Positions 18,116 to 27,586 of a stretch of DNA of 64,000 nucleotides are shown piece by piece. A model generated the notes under the pieces. It made no database searches and was not told the origin of the DNA. It was given only the letters and a program-made list of their open reading frames with translations. A program made the position numbers and the translations under genes. Each line of letters begins with the position of its first letter. Position 1 is the first letter of the stretch. The stretch covers positions 948 to 64,947 of the forward strand of contig MNDR01000010.1 in the NCBI GenBank assembly GCA_001915025.1, read 5' to 3'. The DNA comes from Gemmatimonadetes bacterium 13_2_20CM_2_65_7 (GTDB taxonomy: Bacteria > Gemmatimonadota > Gemmatimonadetes > Gemmatimonadales > GWC2-71-9).

Positions 18116-21100
18116 ATGCGAGGACGCACCATAACTCAGTTCGCGGTGTTGGCGGCGTTCCTGCTTGCTGCACCTCCCCTGGCTGCCCAGTACTTCGGCC
18201 AGAACAAGGTGCAGTACCGCAACTTCAAGTTCCAATCGATTCAGACCGAGCACTTCGACATCTACTACTATCCCGACGAGCGTGTCGGCGCCCTCGACGC
18301 CGCGCGCATGGCCGAGCGTGCTTACGCCCGGCTGTCGCGGATCCTGCATCACCAGTTCCAGAGCCGGAAGCCGATCATTCTCTACGCGTCGCAATCCGAC
18401 TTCCAGCAGACGAACGTCGTCGACGCCACGGGTGAGGGGTTGGGCGGCGTCACGGAGTTCTTCAAGCATCGCGCCGTGTTGCCGTTCACCGGCTCCTACG
18501 CCGAGTTCGAGCACGTCCTCCAGCACGAGATGGTGCACCAGTTCCAGTACGACGTGTACAGCCGCGGCCGCCCCGGCGCCGGCGTGCAGACATTGATGAG
18601 CGTGAATCCGCCGCTCTGGTTCATGGAAGGCATGGCGGAATACCTGTCGCGCGGCCCGATCGATCCGGAAACGGCGATGTGGCTGCGTGACGCCGCGCTG
18701 GAGGGACACCTTCCCTCGATCGAAGACATGACGACCGATCCCGGAATCTTCCCGTACCGGTATGGCCACGCGCTGTGGGCCTACATCGGCGAGAAGTGGG
18801 GCGACGAGGTGATCGGTGAGATCCTGCAGAGCTCCGCCAACACCGGGCTCGAGGCCGCCTTCAAGCGCGCGTTGGGTCGTTCGCTCGAGGATCTCTCGAA
18901 CGACTGGCGCGACGCCATCCAGACGACGTTCCTGCCGCAGCTCGGCGATCATTACCGGGCGCGCCGGATCGCCCAACCGCTGTTGACCCAGCGCCGCTCG
19001 AGGGGCCGCATCTTCCTCGCGCCGGCGCTGACGCCGGACGGCAAGAGCATCGCGTTCTTCGGCGATCAGGGTGGGTTCTTCATCGACCTGTGGCTCGCCG
19101 ATGCGGAAACAGGACGCGTGTCGCGGCGGCTCGTCCGGTCGACGATGAACAACAACTACGAGAGCCTGCGGTTCATCAACTCCGCCGGCTCATTCTCCCC
19201 CGACGGCCGCTACTTCGCCATCGCCGCAAAGCGGAAAGACCGCGACGACCTGGTGATCCTCGACGTCAAGCGCGGCGGCGAAGACCGCCGGATCGAGGTC
19301 GGCCTGAGCGGTTTACAGACGCCGCGGTGGTCGCCCGACAGCAAACAGCTCGTGTTTACGGGATTCAACGGCGGTTTCACCGATCTGTACATCATCAACC
19401 GCGACGGCACCGGGCTGCGCCGCCTCACGAACGACAAGTACGCGGATCTCCATCCTTCGTGGTCACCCGATGGGAAGACGATCGCGTTCGTCACCGACCG
19501 GGGCGGCGAAACCGACTTCGAGACACTGCGCTTCGGAAATCTCCGCATCGCGCTCTACCATCTCGACGCCGGCACGATCGAGATGCTGGGCAACATGCGG
19601 ATCGGGAAGAACATCGACCCCGTGTGGTCGCCGGATGGACGATCGCTGGCCTTCGTCTCCGATCGGACCGGCATCGCGAACGTGTTCCTCTACGACTTCG
19701 CCGACGGGCAGATCTACCAGCTCACCAACATGTTCACCGGTGTGCAGGGCATCACGCCGCTCTCGCCGGTACTCTCATGGGCGCCGCAGGCTGACCGCCT
19801 GGCCTTCGTCTATTACGAGGACGGGCAATACAGCGTCTACTCGGTCGAGAATCCGCGCTCGCTGCGGCGCGGACCGTATCACGGACCTGCCGCACCGCCG
19901 GTCACGCTCCTGCTGGCGGAGCAACGCGATACGATTGTCACGGCTGCGCCGATTCCCGCTCCTCCGGTCGAGCCCGCGGGTCTCGGTGGAACGTCGGCCG
20001 GTACCTCCGGCACCACGAGCGGTCCCGCCGCGCGCGCAGCGCAAGGGACATCCATCTACCGTTCGTCAGGCGGCTTCCGGCCATCCGCGCTCCCGCAGCC
20101 AGCCGAATCCTCGGCCGCGCCGCCGCCGGTGACGGTGCGTGCGCTGCTCGACTCCGCGACGCTCGCGCTGCCCGATACCAATGAATTCTCGTTCAAGCCG
20201 TACAAGGTGCGTTTCACCACCGATTACATCGTGCGTCCCACTGTCGGCTACTCGCGGGACAACTTTGGTCGGGGCATCTTCGGCGGCACGGCGATCGCAA
20301 TGTCCGATATTCTCGGCAATCACTCCGTGGTGATTGCGGGATCGATCAACGGCCGCATCAGCGAAGCGCAGTTCCTCGGTCTCTACGTCAACCAGACCCA
20401 TCGGCTGAACTGGGCATCGGGATTCTCGCAGGATCCATTGTATTTCTACGGCGGCAGCGATTGGACGACTGTCCCCAATAGTCAGGGCACCGCGGACAGC
20501 CTCCGCGTATACACGTCGCGGATTCGTCGCTTTGTCATTCGCGACGGGTTCATGGAATCGTCGTACCCCTTCAGCCGCTTCAACCGGATTGAAGTTGGCC
20601 TGCATGCGGTGAACATCAGCGAAGCGACGCTCGCGTTGCAGACTCTGTTCAAGGCGGACACCACCCACGCCTTTGTCGACGAGAGACTCATCAGCAGCGG
20701 TGGCCCGTCGGCGACGTTCGTCCAGCCCTCGATCGCGCACGTCCACGACAACACGCTGTTCGGGTATGTCGGGCCATTTGCGGGCTCGCGGTCGCGCGTG
20801 TCGATCGCGCCGGCGATCGGCACCTGGCAGTTCACCGCTGGTCTCGTCGATTATCGACGGTACCTCTTCTTTCGGCCGGTCACCCTGGCGTTCCGGGGAA
20901 TGATGTTCGGCCGCTTCGGCCGCGACGCCGATCGCTTCCCGGTGTTCGTCGGCAACACGGAGCTGCTGCGCGGGTACACCGCCGGCTCGTTCCGCAATAA
21001 CGAGTGCATCGCCAATCCCGGCACATCGTCGCAGACCGGCTGCGCCGAGTTGGATCAGCTCATCGGCTCGAAGATCGCGGTCGCCAACGCCGAGCTGCGC

Positions 21101-21391
21101 TTCCCGCTCACTCGCAGCCTGGTCTTGGGGTTCCTGCCGGTCGGATTTCCTCCCATCGAGGGTGCGATCTTCTTTGACGCGGGGATGGCGTGGGATGACG
21201 CCAGCACGGTGAAGTGGCGTCGCAGCGCCACGGACAGTCCGGTATTGGTCCGCGTCCCCTTGCGCAGCTGGGGTGGATCGATTCGCGCCAACGTCTTCGG
21301 ACTGATGATCGTGCGGTTTGATTACACGAAGCCGTTAGACCGGCCACTCAAGCACTCCTATTGGACCGTTAGTTTAGGGCCGACGTTCTAA
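18116..21391 (+). CDS. Omp85/BamA-family barrel with N-terminal zincin-like peptidase domain and TolB-like beta-propeller
   Basis: Signal peptide, FGQNKVQY, HEMVH...WFMEGMAEY, repeated WSPDG units, LRGY lid motif, NAELRFP, C-terminal Phe. Confidence 0.85.
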   Translation: MRGRTITQFAVLAAFLLAAPPLAAQYFGQNKVQYRNFKFQSIQTEHFDIYYYPDERVGALDAARMAERAYARLSRILHHQFQSRKPIILYASQSDFQQTNVVDATGEGLGGVTEFFKHRAVLPFTGSYAEFEHVLQHEMVHQFQYDVYSRGRPGAGVQTLMSVNPPLWFMEGMAEYLSRGPIDPETAMWLRDAALEGHLPSIEDMTTDPGIFPYRYGHALWAYIGEKWGDEVIGEILQSSANTGLEAAFKRALGRSLEDLSNDWRDAIQTTFLPQLGDHYRARRIAQPLLTQRRSRGRIFLAPALTPDGKSIAFFGDQGGFFIDLWLADAETGRVSRRLVRSTMNNNYESLRFINSAGSFSPDGRYFAIAAKRKDRDDLVILDVKRGGEDRRIEVGLSGLQTPRWSPDSKQLVFTGFNGGFTDLYIINRDGTGLRRLTNDKYADLHPSWSPDGKTIAFVTDRGGETDFETLRFGNLRIALYHLDAGTIEMLGNMRIGKNIDPVWSPDGRSLAFVSDRTGIANVFLYDFADGQIYQLTNMFTGVQGITPLSPVLSWAPQADRLAFVYYEDGQYSVYSVENPRSLRRGPYHGPAAPPVTLLLAEQRDTIVTAAPIPAPPVEPAGLGGTSAGTSGTTSGPAARAAQGTSIYRSSGGFRPSALPQPAESSAAPPPVTVRALLDSATLALPDTNEFSFKPYKVRFTTDYIVRPTVGYSRDNFGRGIFGGTAIAMSDILGNHSVVIAGSINGRISEAQFLGLYVNQTHRLNWASGFSQDPLYFYGGSDWTTVPNSQGTADSLRVYTSRIRRFVIRDGFMESSYPFSRFNRIEVGLHAVNISEATLALQTLFKADTTHAFVDERLISSGGPSATFVQPSIAHVHDNTLFGYVGPFAGSRSRVSIAPAIGTWQFTAGLVDYRRYLFFRPVTLAFRGMMFGRFGRDADRFPVFVGNTELLRGYTAGSFRNNECIANPGTSSQTGCAELDQLIGSKIAVANAELRFPLTRSLVLGFLPVGFPPIEGAIFFDAGMAWDDASTVKWRRSATDSPVLVRVPLRSWGGSIRANVFGLMIVRFDYTKPLDRPLKHSYWTVSLGPTF

Positions 21392-21410
21392 CTCCGCTTC
21401 ACTAAAACAG

Positions 21411-21439
21411 TTGCAATGGCCTCGCCGGTTGTCTATTTT
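21411..21439 (+). promoter_or_regulatory. Putative sigma70 promoter inside a 14-bp inverted repeat
   Basis: TTGCAA-17 nt-TATTTT; overlaps stem AATGGCCTCGCCGG/CCGGCGAGGCCATT (21415-21455). Confidence 0.55.
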
Positions 21440-21454
21440 GTCCGGCGAGGCCAT

Positions 21455-22846
21455 TTGCCTATCTCCCGTTTCCTCCTCTTTGCCAGCGTGGGGCTTGGGG
21501 CTTGTCGATCCCCGGCGCCGGTCCTGACGTCAACGCAACAACAATCACCACAACGTGTTAGCCAAGCTCAGATCATCGCCCGCATTCCCGGCGTGGCGAT
21601 CCGGCTGCCCGCAAAGGGTGGGACGCCGCAGCTCTATCGCCTCCCCCGGCTGACCCCAGTCGATGGCGTGCTCCGCGGCCGGTTGCCGCCGGTGGAGCGC
21701 GTCGTTGGGCTCGACCCCGAATCCGAATTCCTCTTTGTCACAACCGCAAAGCACGAGCTGCTCGGGTTGGATCTCGGCAGCGGTCGCGTCGACACGGTGG
21801 CAACGAGCGTCGCGCACGCGGCCCTCGGCCCTGATGGTACGCTCTACGCCGTCGATGACCAACGGCACGTCGTGTCGCTGTCGCGCCGGACGCGCTTCGC
21901 GTGGCCCCAGGCTCTCACCGCGATGCCGCGCGATCTCTTCGGCTCGACCGATCAGCGACTGGTCGGCGTGATTCCTCAAGATCGCTTGCTGGTCGCTGCC
22001 CCCGACCAGCCTTCCGCGGTGCGCCCGATTGCGGCGGGTGGCGACGTGGCGGCGACGCGGTGGGGCGATCTCATCGCCGTCGCCAGCGACTCCGGCGTGA
22101 CCTTCTACGATCCAGTAGCCCGTCGCGATCCCGCTTTTGTACGCCTCGCCGACCCGCCGCGAGCGCTCGCGTTCTCCCCTTCCGGTCATCGCATCTATGT
22201 CGCGCGTCGCAGCGCGCCCGGGTTGGCGGTGATCGATCGCTACGATCGTCGCGAGGTGGATGGCGTCGCGCTGCCGGGGCCCGCTGCGGCACTGCGCGTC
22301 GATCCGCTCGGCAGGTGGCTGCTCGCGCGACCGACGGTCGGCGACTCCGCGTGGATCGTCGACATGCCGATCAAACAACACACCGGCATCGTGCCGACGC
22401 AGTGGCAAGCCGATCTGCCGGCGATCTCGCCGGATGGTATGCTGATTTTCCGGCGCGGCACGGACGTGGTGTCCATGCGGCCCGATTCGCTCAACGAGGT
22501 CGGGCGGGTCCAACGCGGTGCGGCGGGCCTCTGGGTGCTCTCATCCTGGCTCCCGCGCGGCGTTCCGGCGGCTCCTACAAGCGCCGCAGTGGCGGCGGCG
22601 GAAAGCACCGGAACGAGCGCCGAAGGACCGATGTACGTACAGGTCTCGACGTCGCAGAATCCGGAGTGGTCCGGTCACTTGGCTGATGATCTCACGCGCG
22701 CCGGTCTGGCCGCGCGCGTCCTGATGCCACAGCACCCGGATGACGGTTATCGCGTGGTGCTCGGTCCCTACGCCACGCGGGAACAGGCCGAAGCGATCGG
22801 CCGCAGGTTAGGGCGGCCGTTCTGGATCTACCAACCCGGCCAATGA
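21455..22846 (+). CDS. Lipoprotein with beta-propeller and C-terminal SPOR domain
   Basis: Probable TTG start at 21455 after a GAGG SD; lipobox LGAC; YVQVST...YRVVLGPYATREQAEA SPOR signature. ATG 21416 is the alternative start. Confidence 0.75.
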   Translation: MPISRFLLFASVGLGACRSPAPVLTSTQQQSPQRVSQAQIIARIPGVAIRLPAKGGTPQLYRLPRLTPVDGVLRGRLPPVERVVGLDPESEFLFVTTAKHELLGLDLGSGRVDTVATSVAHAALGPDGTLYAVDDQRHVVSLSRRTRFAWPQALTAMPRDLFGSTDQRLVGVIPQDRLLVAAPDQPSAVRPIAAGGDVAATRWGDLIAVASDSGVTFYDPVARRDPAFVRLADPPRALAFSPSGHRIYVARRSAPGLAVIDRYDRREVDGVALPGPAAALRVDPLGRWLLARPTVGDSAWIVDMPIKQHTGIVPTQWQADLPAISPDGMLIFRRGTDVVSMRPDSLNEVGRVQRGAAGLWVLSSWLPRGVPAAPTSAAVAAAESTGTSAEGPMYVQVSTSQNPEWSGHLADDLTRAGLAARVLMPQHPDDGYRVVLGPYATREQAEAIGRRLGRPFWIYQPGQ

Positions 22847-24108
22847 CCACATACCGGCAGCTGCCGCTCTCGCGGCTCGGCCACCTGATCCCACCACTCG
22901 TGGATGGGCAGGCGCTCGTTGCGTTACTCACGACGACCGCGGACCTCCCGTGGGCCGCGAAAGCGGCGTGGGATATCGCGCGCATCGCGGCGCGCGAAGG
23001 ACGCCGCGTCGCATTGGTCGATTTGCATCTCGAGCAGCCCGCGCTCCACGAAATCGTCGGGCTTCACGCGACGGAGGGAATCGTCGACGCGTTTGAGTAC
23101 GGCGTCTCGCTGAACAAGGCGGCACACGAAGTCACCGGCGTGTTCTTCATTCCCGCGGGCTCGGACACCGCGCAGGCGGGCGAGCTGTTCGCGCACGACC
23201 GCTGGCGGAAACTGCAGGCTGGGTTCCGCTCGGAAGGGGCGCTGCTCCTCGTGTTCTTGTCGGAGGCGGGCCTGGCGCAACTCGCCGCCATACCGGACGG
23301 ACTGATCGTGCTCGCGCCTGAGGGATTGAGCGAGACGTTTGCGAATGAGCGCGACATTCCCCTGCTCGGTGTGGTGCGCGATCGTTGGCTGCCCTCGAGT
23401 GGGAGCCCTCCGGCGCAGCCGGCGTCGCCACCGCGACGCCGCGGCGTTCGTGCGCCGCTCGTGGCGCTCCTCATCGCCGCACTGGCTGTCGGTGGGTGGG
23501 CTTTGCTCGCCGGCGCTCGGGAATCGTTCACGGCAACGCCGGCGTCTCCTCGCCCCCAACCGCGTCCAGTCGTCTCGGCAGACTCTGCGTCCCCCCTCTC
23601 CGCAACGCGGAGAGGGGGTCAGGGGGTGAGGTCGGTCGCGCCGCGTCCGGACACACTCGGGTGGACGGTGCAGCTCGCGGCATATGCAACGCTCGACAAG
23701 GCGCTCGCGCACGCAGATCGACTCGCCGCCGACGATGGGCTTGCAGCCCTCGTGACGCCGGTGCCACAAAGCAACGGCGGTAAGGGTCCAGTTTGGTACC
23801 GGGTTTTGGCGGGTTCGTATGCGACGCGCCCGGCGGCCGCCGCCGCACGCGCCAAGATGTGGCGCCGCGGCATCGTTGCCGAAGGCATTGGCGACCTGCT
23901 GCTCGCGCCCTATTCCTATCACGTCCCCGCCGGCACGTCGCTCGATTCGTTGCGCCGGCGCGGGTTGCCGGCCGTGCGCTGGTCCAACGGCAACATCCTG
24001 CTCGGCGCCTTCGAGGCGCCCGACCAAGCGGCATTCACCCAGGCCGCTCTCACGCGCGCCCACGTGCGCGCGAACCTTCTCCCCCGCATGGAGGGGGGGA
24101 CCCCATGA
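22843..24108 (+). CDS. Membrane protein: degenerate ParA/MinD/Wzc-like N-domain, TM segment, SPOR domain
   Basis: GRRVALVDLHLEQPALH without a Walker A lysine; TM (LVALLIAALAVGGWALL); WTVQLAAY...WYRVLAGSY SPOR. Confidence 0.7.
   Translation: MTTYRQLPLSRLGHLIPPLVDGQALVALLTTTADLPWAAKAAWDIARIAAREGRRVALVDLHLEQPALHEIVGLHATEGIVDAFEYGVSLNKAAHEVTGVFFIPAGSDTAQAGELFAHDRWRKLQAGFRSEGALLLVFLSEAGLAQLAAIPDGLIVLAPEGLSETFANERDIPLLGVVRDRWLPSSGSPPAQPASPPRRRGVRAPLVALLIAALAVGGWALLAGARESFTATPASPRPQPRPVVSADSASPLSATRRGGQGVRSVAPRPDTLGWTVQLAAYATLDKALAHADRLAADDGLAALVTPVPQSNGGKGPVWYRVLAGSYATRPAAAAARAKMWRRGIVAEGIGDLLLAPYSYHVPAGTSLDSLRRRGLPAVRWSNGNILLGAFEAPDQAAFTQAALTRAHVRANLLPRMEGGTP
23590..23631. repeat. REP-like palindromic element inside a CDS
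   Basis: CCCCCTCTCCGC-AAC-GCGGAGAGGGGG perfect 12-bp stem followed by TCAGGGGGTGAGG. Confidence 0.7.
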
Positions 24109-27100
24109 GACTGAGCAGGCTCGAGCTATCGGGCTTCAAATCGTTCGCGGGCTCCGTCGAGCTGCCCTTCGACGAGGGCGTGACGGCGATCGTCGGCCCG
24201 AATGGGTGCGGAAAATCCAACATCTCCGATGCGGTGCGCTGGGTGCTCGGCGAGCAGTCGCCGCGACTGCTGCGCGGCGGCAAGATGGAAGACGTGATTT
24301 TCCAGGGATCGACCGGGCGCCGGCCGGTGAACGTCGCGGAGGTCTCACTCGTCTTCGACAACTCCGACGGCAGTCTCCCGATCGCCTATCAGGAAGTCGT
24401 GGTCACGCGCCGGCTGTCACGCTCCGGTCAAAGCGATTATCTGCTGAATCGTTCCCCCGTGCGACTGCGCGACATTCAGGACATGCTGCGCGGCACCGGC
24501 CTTGGTGCCGATGCCGGCGTCGTGATGGAAGCGAAAATGATCGAGGCGCTGCTTTCGGAGAAAGCCGAAGAGCGGCGCGCGCTGTTCGAGGAGGCCGCCG
24601 GCATCGGGCTGTACCGCGATCGCAAGAAAAGCACCGAGCGTCGTCTCGAAGAAACGGCCGCCGATCTCGCGCGGCTCGAGGATCTGATCGCCGAGGTGCA
24701 AACGCAGGTGCGCAGCCTGGCGCGGCAGCGCGGCCGCGCCGAGCGCTACGGCAAAATGGTGGAGGAACGTTTTGGCATCGCGATGACGCTCGTGCGGCGC
24801 GAGCTCGAAGACTTCGATCTCGCACTCGGCTCTCTCGGAGTACGCACCAAGGAGCTCGCCGAGGCGTTGCCCGCCGCCCGCGCTCGACTGAGCGATGCCG
24901 AACATCAGCGCGAAGCGCGCGTCCAGGCCCGCCATACCGCCGAAGCGCGCCGTACCGAAGTGGAGCGGCGGCTCGGGGATGCCAAGCTCGAGGTCGGCAG
25001 GCTGGAGAGTGATCTCGCCCTGGCGGCAGAGCGGCTCGGCAACGCGGCGCAGCGCCGGCAGACCGCCGCGGAAGAACGCTCGCAAGCCGAACAGCGCGCG
25101 TCGCGTGCGCTGCGAGAGCATGACGCCGCCGCAGTCGAGCGCGCGGCTGCGCAGCGCGACCTCGCGGCCGTGCAAGGCGAGTTGAGCGCGCGCACGGGCG
25201 ACGAAAACGACGTGCGCGGCCGGCTCACCGCCGAGCGCGCGGCGGTGCGCGAACTGGAAGAGGGGCTGCAACGCCGGGCGGACAGCTCCCGTGTCCTCGA
25301 GCTCGAGGGAGCCGCGCTCGACCGGGAGCGGAGTGAGTTGAGCGAGCAGCTGGCGTTGGCGACCGCAGAGCGGCAAGACCGCGAAGCCGCCGCGCATGAA
25401 TCGGCACGCGAGGCTGAAGCGGCCACGCAGCGCGTCGCGCGGGACGCGCATGCCGCCGTTCGGGCCGTCGAAGCGTTGCAGCACGCGCGCCGGCACGTCG
25501 CGGCGTTGCAGGAGCAAGAGATGAGTGCCCGGTCGGCTCGCCGGCAGGCGGAGGCCGCGTTGGCGCAGCTCGAGGCGCGTCGTGACGCGCTGACCGAGCT
25601 CGATCGCGAACACGTCGGTCTCGCGCCCGGCGCGCAGGCGCTGCTCAAGGCTCGCCTGGACGGGGGGGGGGTCCTCGGCCCGCTCGCCGACTTCGTCCGA
25701 ACGAGCCGCCGTGACGCCGAGCTGGCCGAACGGCTGCTCGGGGAATGGCTGCATGCCGTCCTCGTGCGCGATGCGTCGGTGATCGATGCGATTCGCGCCT
25801 GGCACGCCGAAACCCAGCCTGGTCCTCTGGTCCTGCTCCCCTGCGTCCCGGGCCCGCGGCTTGCCGCCGACGGTCACCCGCTGAAGGACGAGCTGCGCGT
25901 CGATGGACCGGCTGCGGCGTGGGTGCGCGCGCTCCTCGCCGGACACGAAGTGCTCGGCGCCGGCGCGCTGCGCCGCGCGAACGGCGCCGTCTTCCTCGAC
26001 AGCGGCGCGTCCGCAGCCGGTGGACCACTCCAGCGGCGTGCCGAGCTCGAAGCGCTCGAGAAAGACGTGCGCGATGCCGAGGCGAATCGCGATCGCGCGC
26101 GTGCGGCGGAAGAATCGACGGTCCAGGAGTTGGCCGCGGCCGAAGCAACATTGGCAAACGCCGGCCAGGCCGCGGAACAGGCGCGTCGCACCGAGCTTGA
26201 AGCGGGAGCCGAAAAGGGCGAAGCGGATCGCGGGCTGATTCACGCGCGTCGCCAGGCCGAGGAGGCTGCGGCTCACGTCGATCGTCTCACGCGCCGGCTC
26301 GGCGAAGTCGAGACCAGGCTGACATCCCTCCAGGCGGAACTGCAGGAACGAGAGATCGAACGCGTCAGATCCGCCGAGCAGCTCGGCGCGGAGCGCGCGG
26401 GGCTCGCTGACCTCGAGGCGCAGCAGGAAGCGGCCCGGGAGCAGCGGGTGCGCTGGCAAGTGGAAGCGGCACAGGTGGAGGCGAGACTCGCCGCGGCGTC
26501 CGACCGGGCTAACCGGGCCAACGCGGATGCGACCGCCTCGCGCGAGCAAGCCGCGGCGCGGGCCGAGGAAATCGCGCGCATCGAGCGGGAGAGCACGTCG
26601 CTCACGACGCAGCGCGCCCAATGGGAAGACACGTCGCAAGAGCGTCGTGTTTCCGTGACGGAGCTCGAAACGGCCGCGAAAGACGCCGCAGCCAACGTCG
26701 GCATGACCGAGGACGATCTTGGCCAGGCGGAAGGAGCGCTCGATCAGGCGCGAAAGGCCCTGGCCGCGCTCGGCGAAGAAGAACACCGCCTCCAGCTCGA
26801 GCGGACGGAGGTCGAGGGACGCAAGCGCGGGCTCGTCGAGCGCGTTGAGACCGAATGGCGCAAGTCACTCGACAAGCTCCTCGCCGACGCTCCCGAAGTG
26901 CCAGGCGATGTCGCATGGCTGCGCGAGGAGAACGAGCGGTTGCGCGGCGCTATCGACGCCGTCGGCCCCGTGAACGCGCTGGCGGTCGAAGAGCACGCGG
27001 AAGAGACCAAGCGCCTCGACTTTCTCATGACGCAGCGCGACGACCTCGTTGCGGCCCGCAATTCGCTGCAGCAGGCGGCCCGGGAGATCGATCAAACGGC

Positions 27101-27569
27101 CAAGACGCTGTTCCTCGAGTCCTTCGGCAAGGTCCGCGACCACTTCCGCTCCGTCTTCCAGACGCTGTTCGGCGGCGGCGAATGCGACGTCCGCCTGGCG
27201 AACGAGGACGAGCCGCTCGAGAGCGAAATCGAGATCCACGCCGCCCCGCGCGGCAAACGGACGCAGCGAATTCATCTGCTCTCGTCCGGTGAACGGACGC
27301 TCGTGGCGGTGTCGCTCCTCTTTGCCATTTTCCTCGCCAAGCCGAGCCCATTCTGCCTGCTCGACGAGGTGGACGCGCCGCTCGACGACGCAAACGTCGG
27401 TCGCTATGTGCGTCTGCTGGCGGAATTCAAAGAACAGACGCAATTCATCGTCATCACACACAACCCGCGAACCATGCAAGCAGCCGACGCCGTCTACGGC
27501 GTCACGATGCAAGAGCCGGGCGTATCGACCATCGTCGGGGTGCGCCTCGGCCAGATGGAACCCGTCTAG
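24105..27569 (+). CDS. smc: Chromosome segregation protein SMC
   Basis: GFKSF, GPNGCGKSN Walker A, long coiled coils with hinge, LSSGE signature, LLDEVDAPLD, ITH. ATG 24105 overlaps the upstream stop. Confidence 0.97.
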   Translation: MRLSRLELSGFKSFAGSVELPFDEGVTAIVGPNGCGKSNISDAVRWVLGEQSPRLLRGGKMEDVIFQGSTGRRPVNVAEVSLVFDNSDGSLPIAYQEVVVTRRLSRSGQSDYLLNRSPVRLRDIQDMLRGTGLGADAGVVMEAKMIEALLSEKAEERRALFEEAAGIGLYRDRKKSTERRLEETAADLARLEDLIAEVQTQVRSLARQRGRAERYGKMVEERFGIAMTLVRRELEDFDLALGSLGVRTKELAEALPAARARLSDAEHQREARVQARHTAEARRTEVERRLGDAKLEVGRLESDLALAAERLGNAAQRRQTAAEERSQAEQRASRALREHDAAAVERAAAQRDLAAVQGELSARTGDENDVRGRLTAERAAVRELEEGLQRRADSSRVLELEGAALDRERSELSEQLALATAERQDREAAAHESAREAEAATQRVARDAHAAVRAVEALQHARRHVAALQEQEMSARSARRQAEAALAQLEARRDALTELDREHVGLAPGAQALLKARLDGGGVLGPLADFVRTSRRDAELAERLLGEWLHAVLVRDASVIDAIRAWHAETQPGPLVLLPCVPGPRLAADGHPLKDELRVDGPAAAWVRALLAGHEVLGAGALRRANGAVFLDSGASAAGGPLQRRAELEALEKDVRDAEANRDRARAAEESTVQELAAAEATLANAGQAAEQARRTELEAGAEKGEADRGLIHARRQAEEAAAHVDRLTRRLGEVETRLTSLQAELQEREIERVRSAEQLGAERAGLADLEAQQEAAREQRVRWQVEAAQVEARLAAASDRANRANADATASREQAAARAEEIARIERESTSLTTQRAQWEDTSQERRVSVTELETAAKDAAANVGMTEDDLGQAEGALDQARKALAALGEEEHRLQLERTEVEGRKRGLVERVETEWRKSLDKLLADAPEVPGDVAWLREENERLRGAIDAVGPVNALAVEEHAEETKRLDFLMTQRDDLVAARNSLQQAAREIDQTAKTLFLESFGKVRDHFRSVFQTLFGGGECDVRLANEDEPLESEIEIHAAPRGKRTQRIHLLSSGERTLVAVSLLFAIFLAKPSPFCLLDEVDAPLDDANVGRYVRLLAEFKEQTQFIVITHNPRTMQAADAVYGVTMQEPGVSTIVGVRLGQMEPV

Positions 27570-27586
27570 CGTTCGTTTCCCTTTCC

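Noticed and set aside
23793..24104. N-terminal extensions given by the ORF track (smc here; likewise omp85, crp, hemL, spoIID, rpmE)
   Set aside because: They overlap neighbouring genes; downstream starts match family N-termini and have an SD, overlap or promoter in support.
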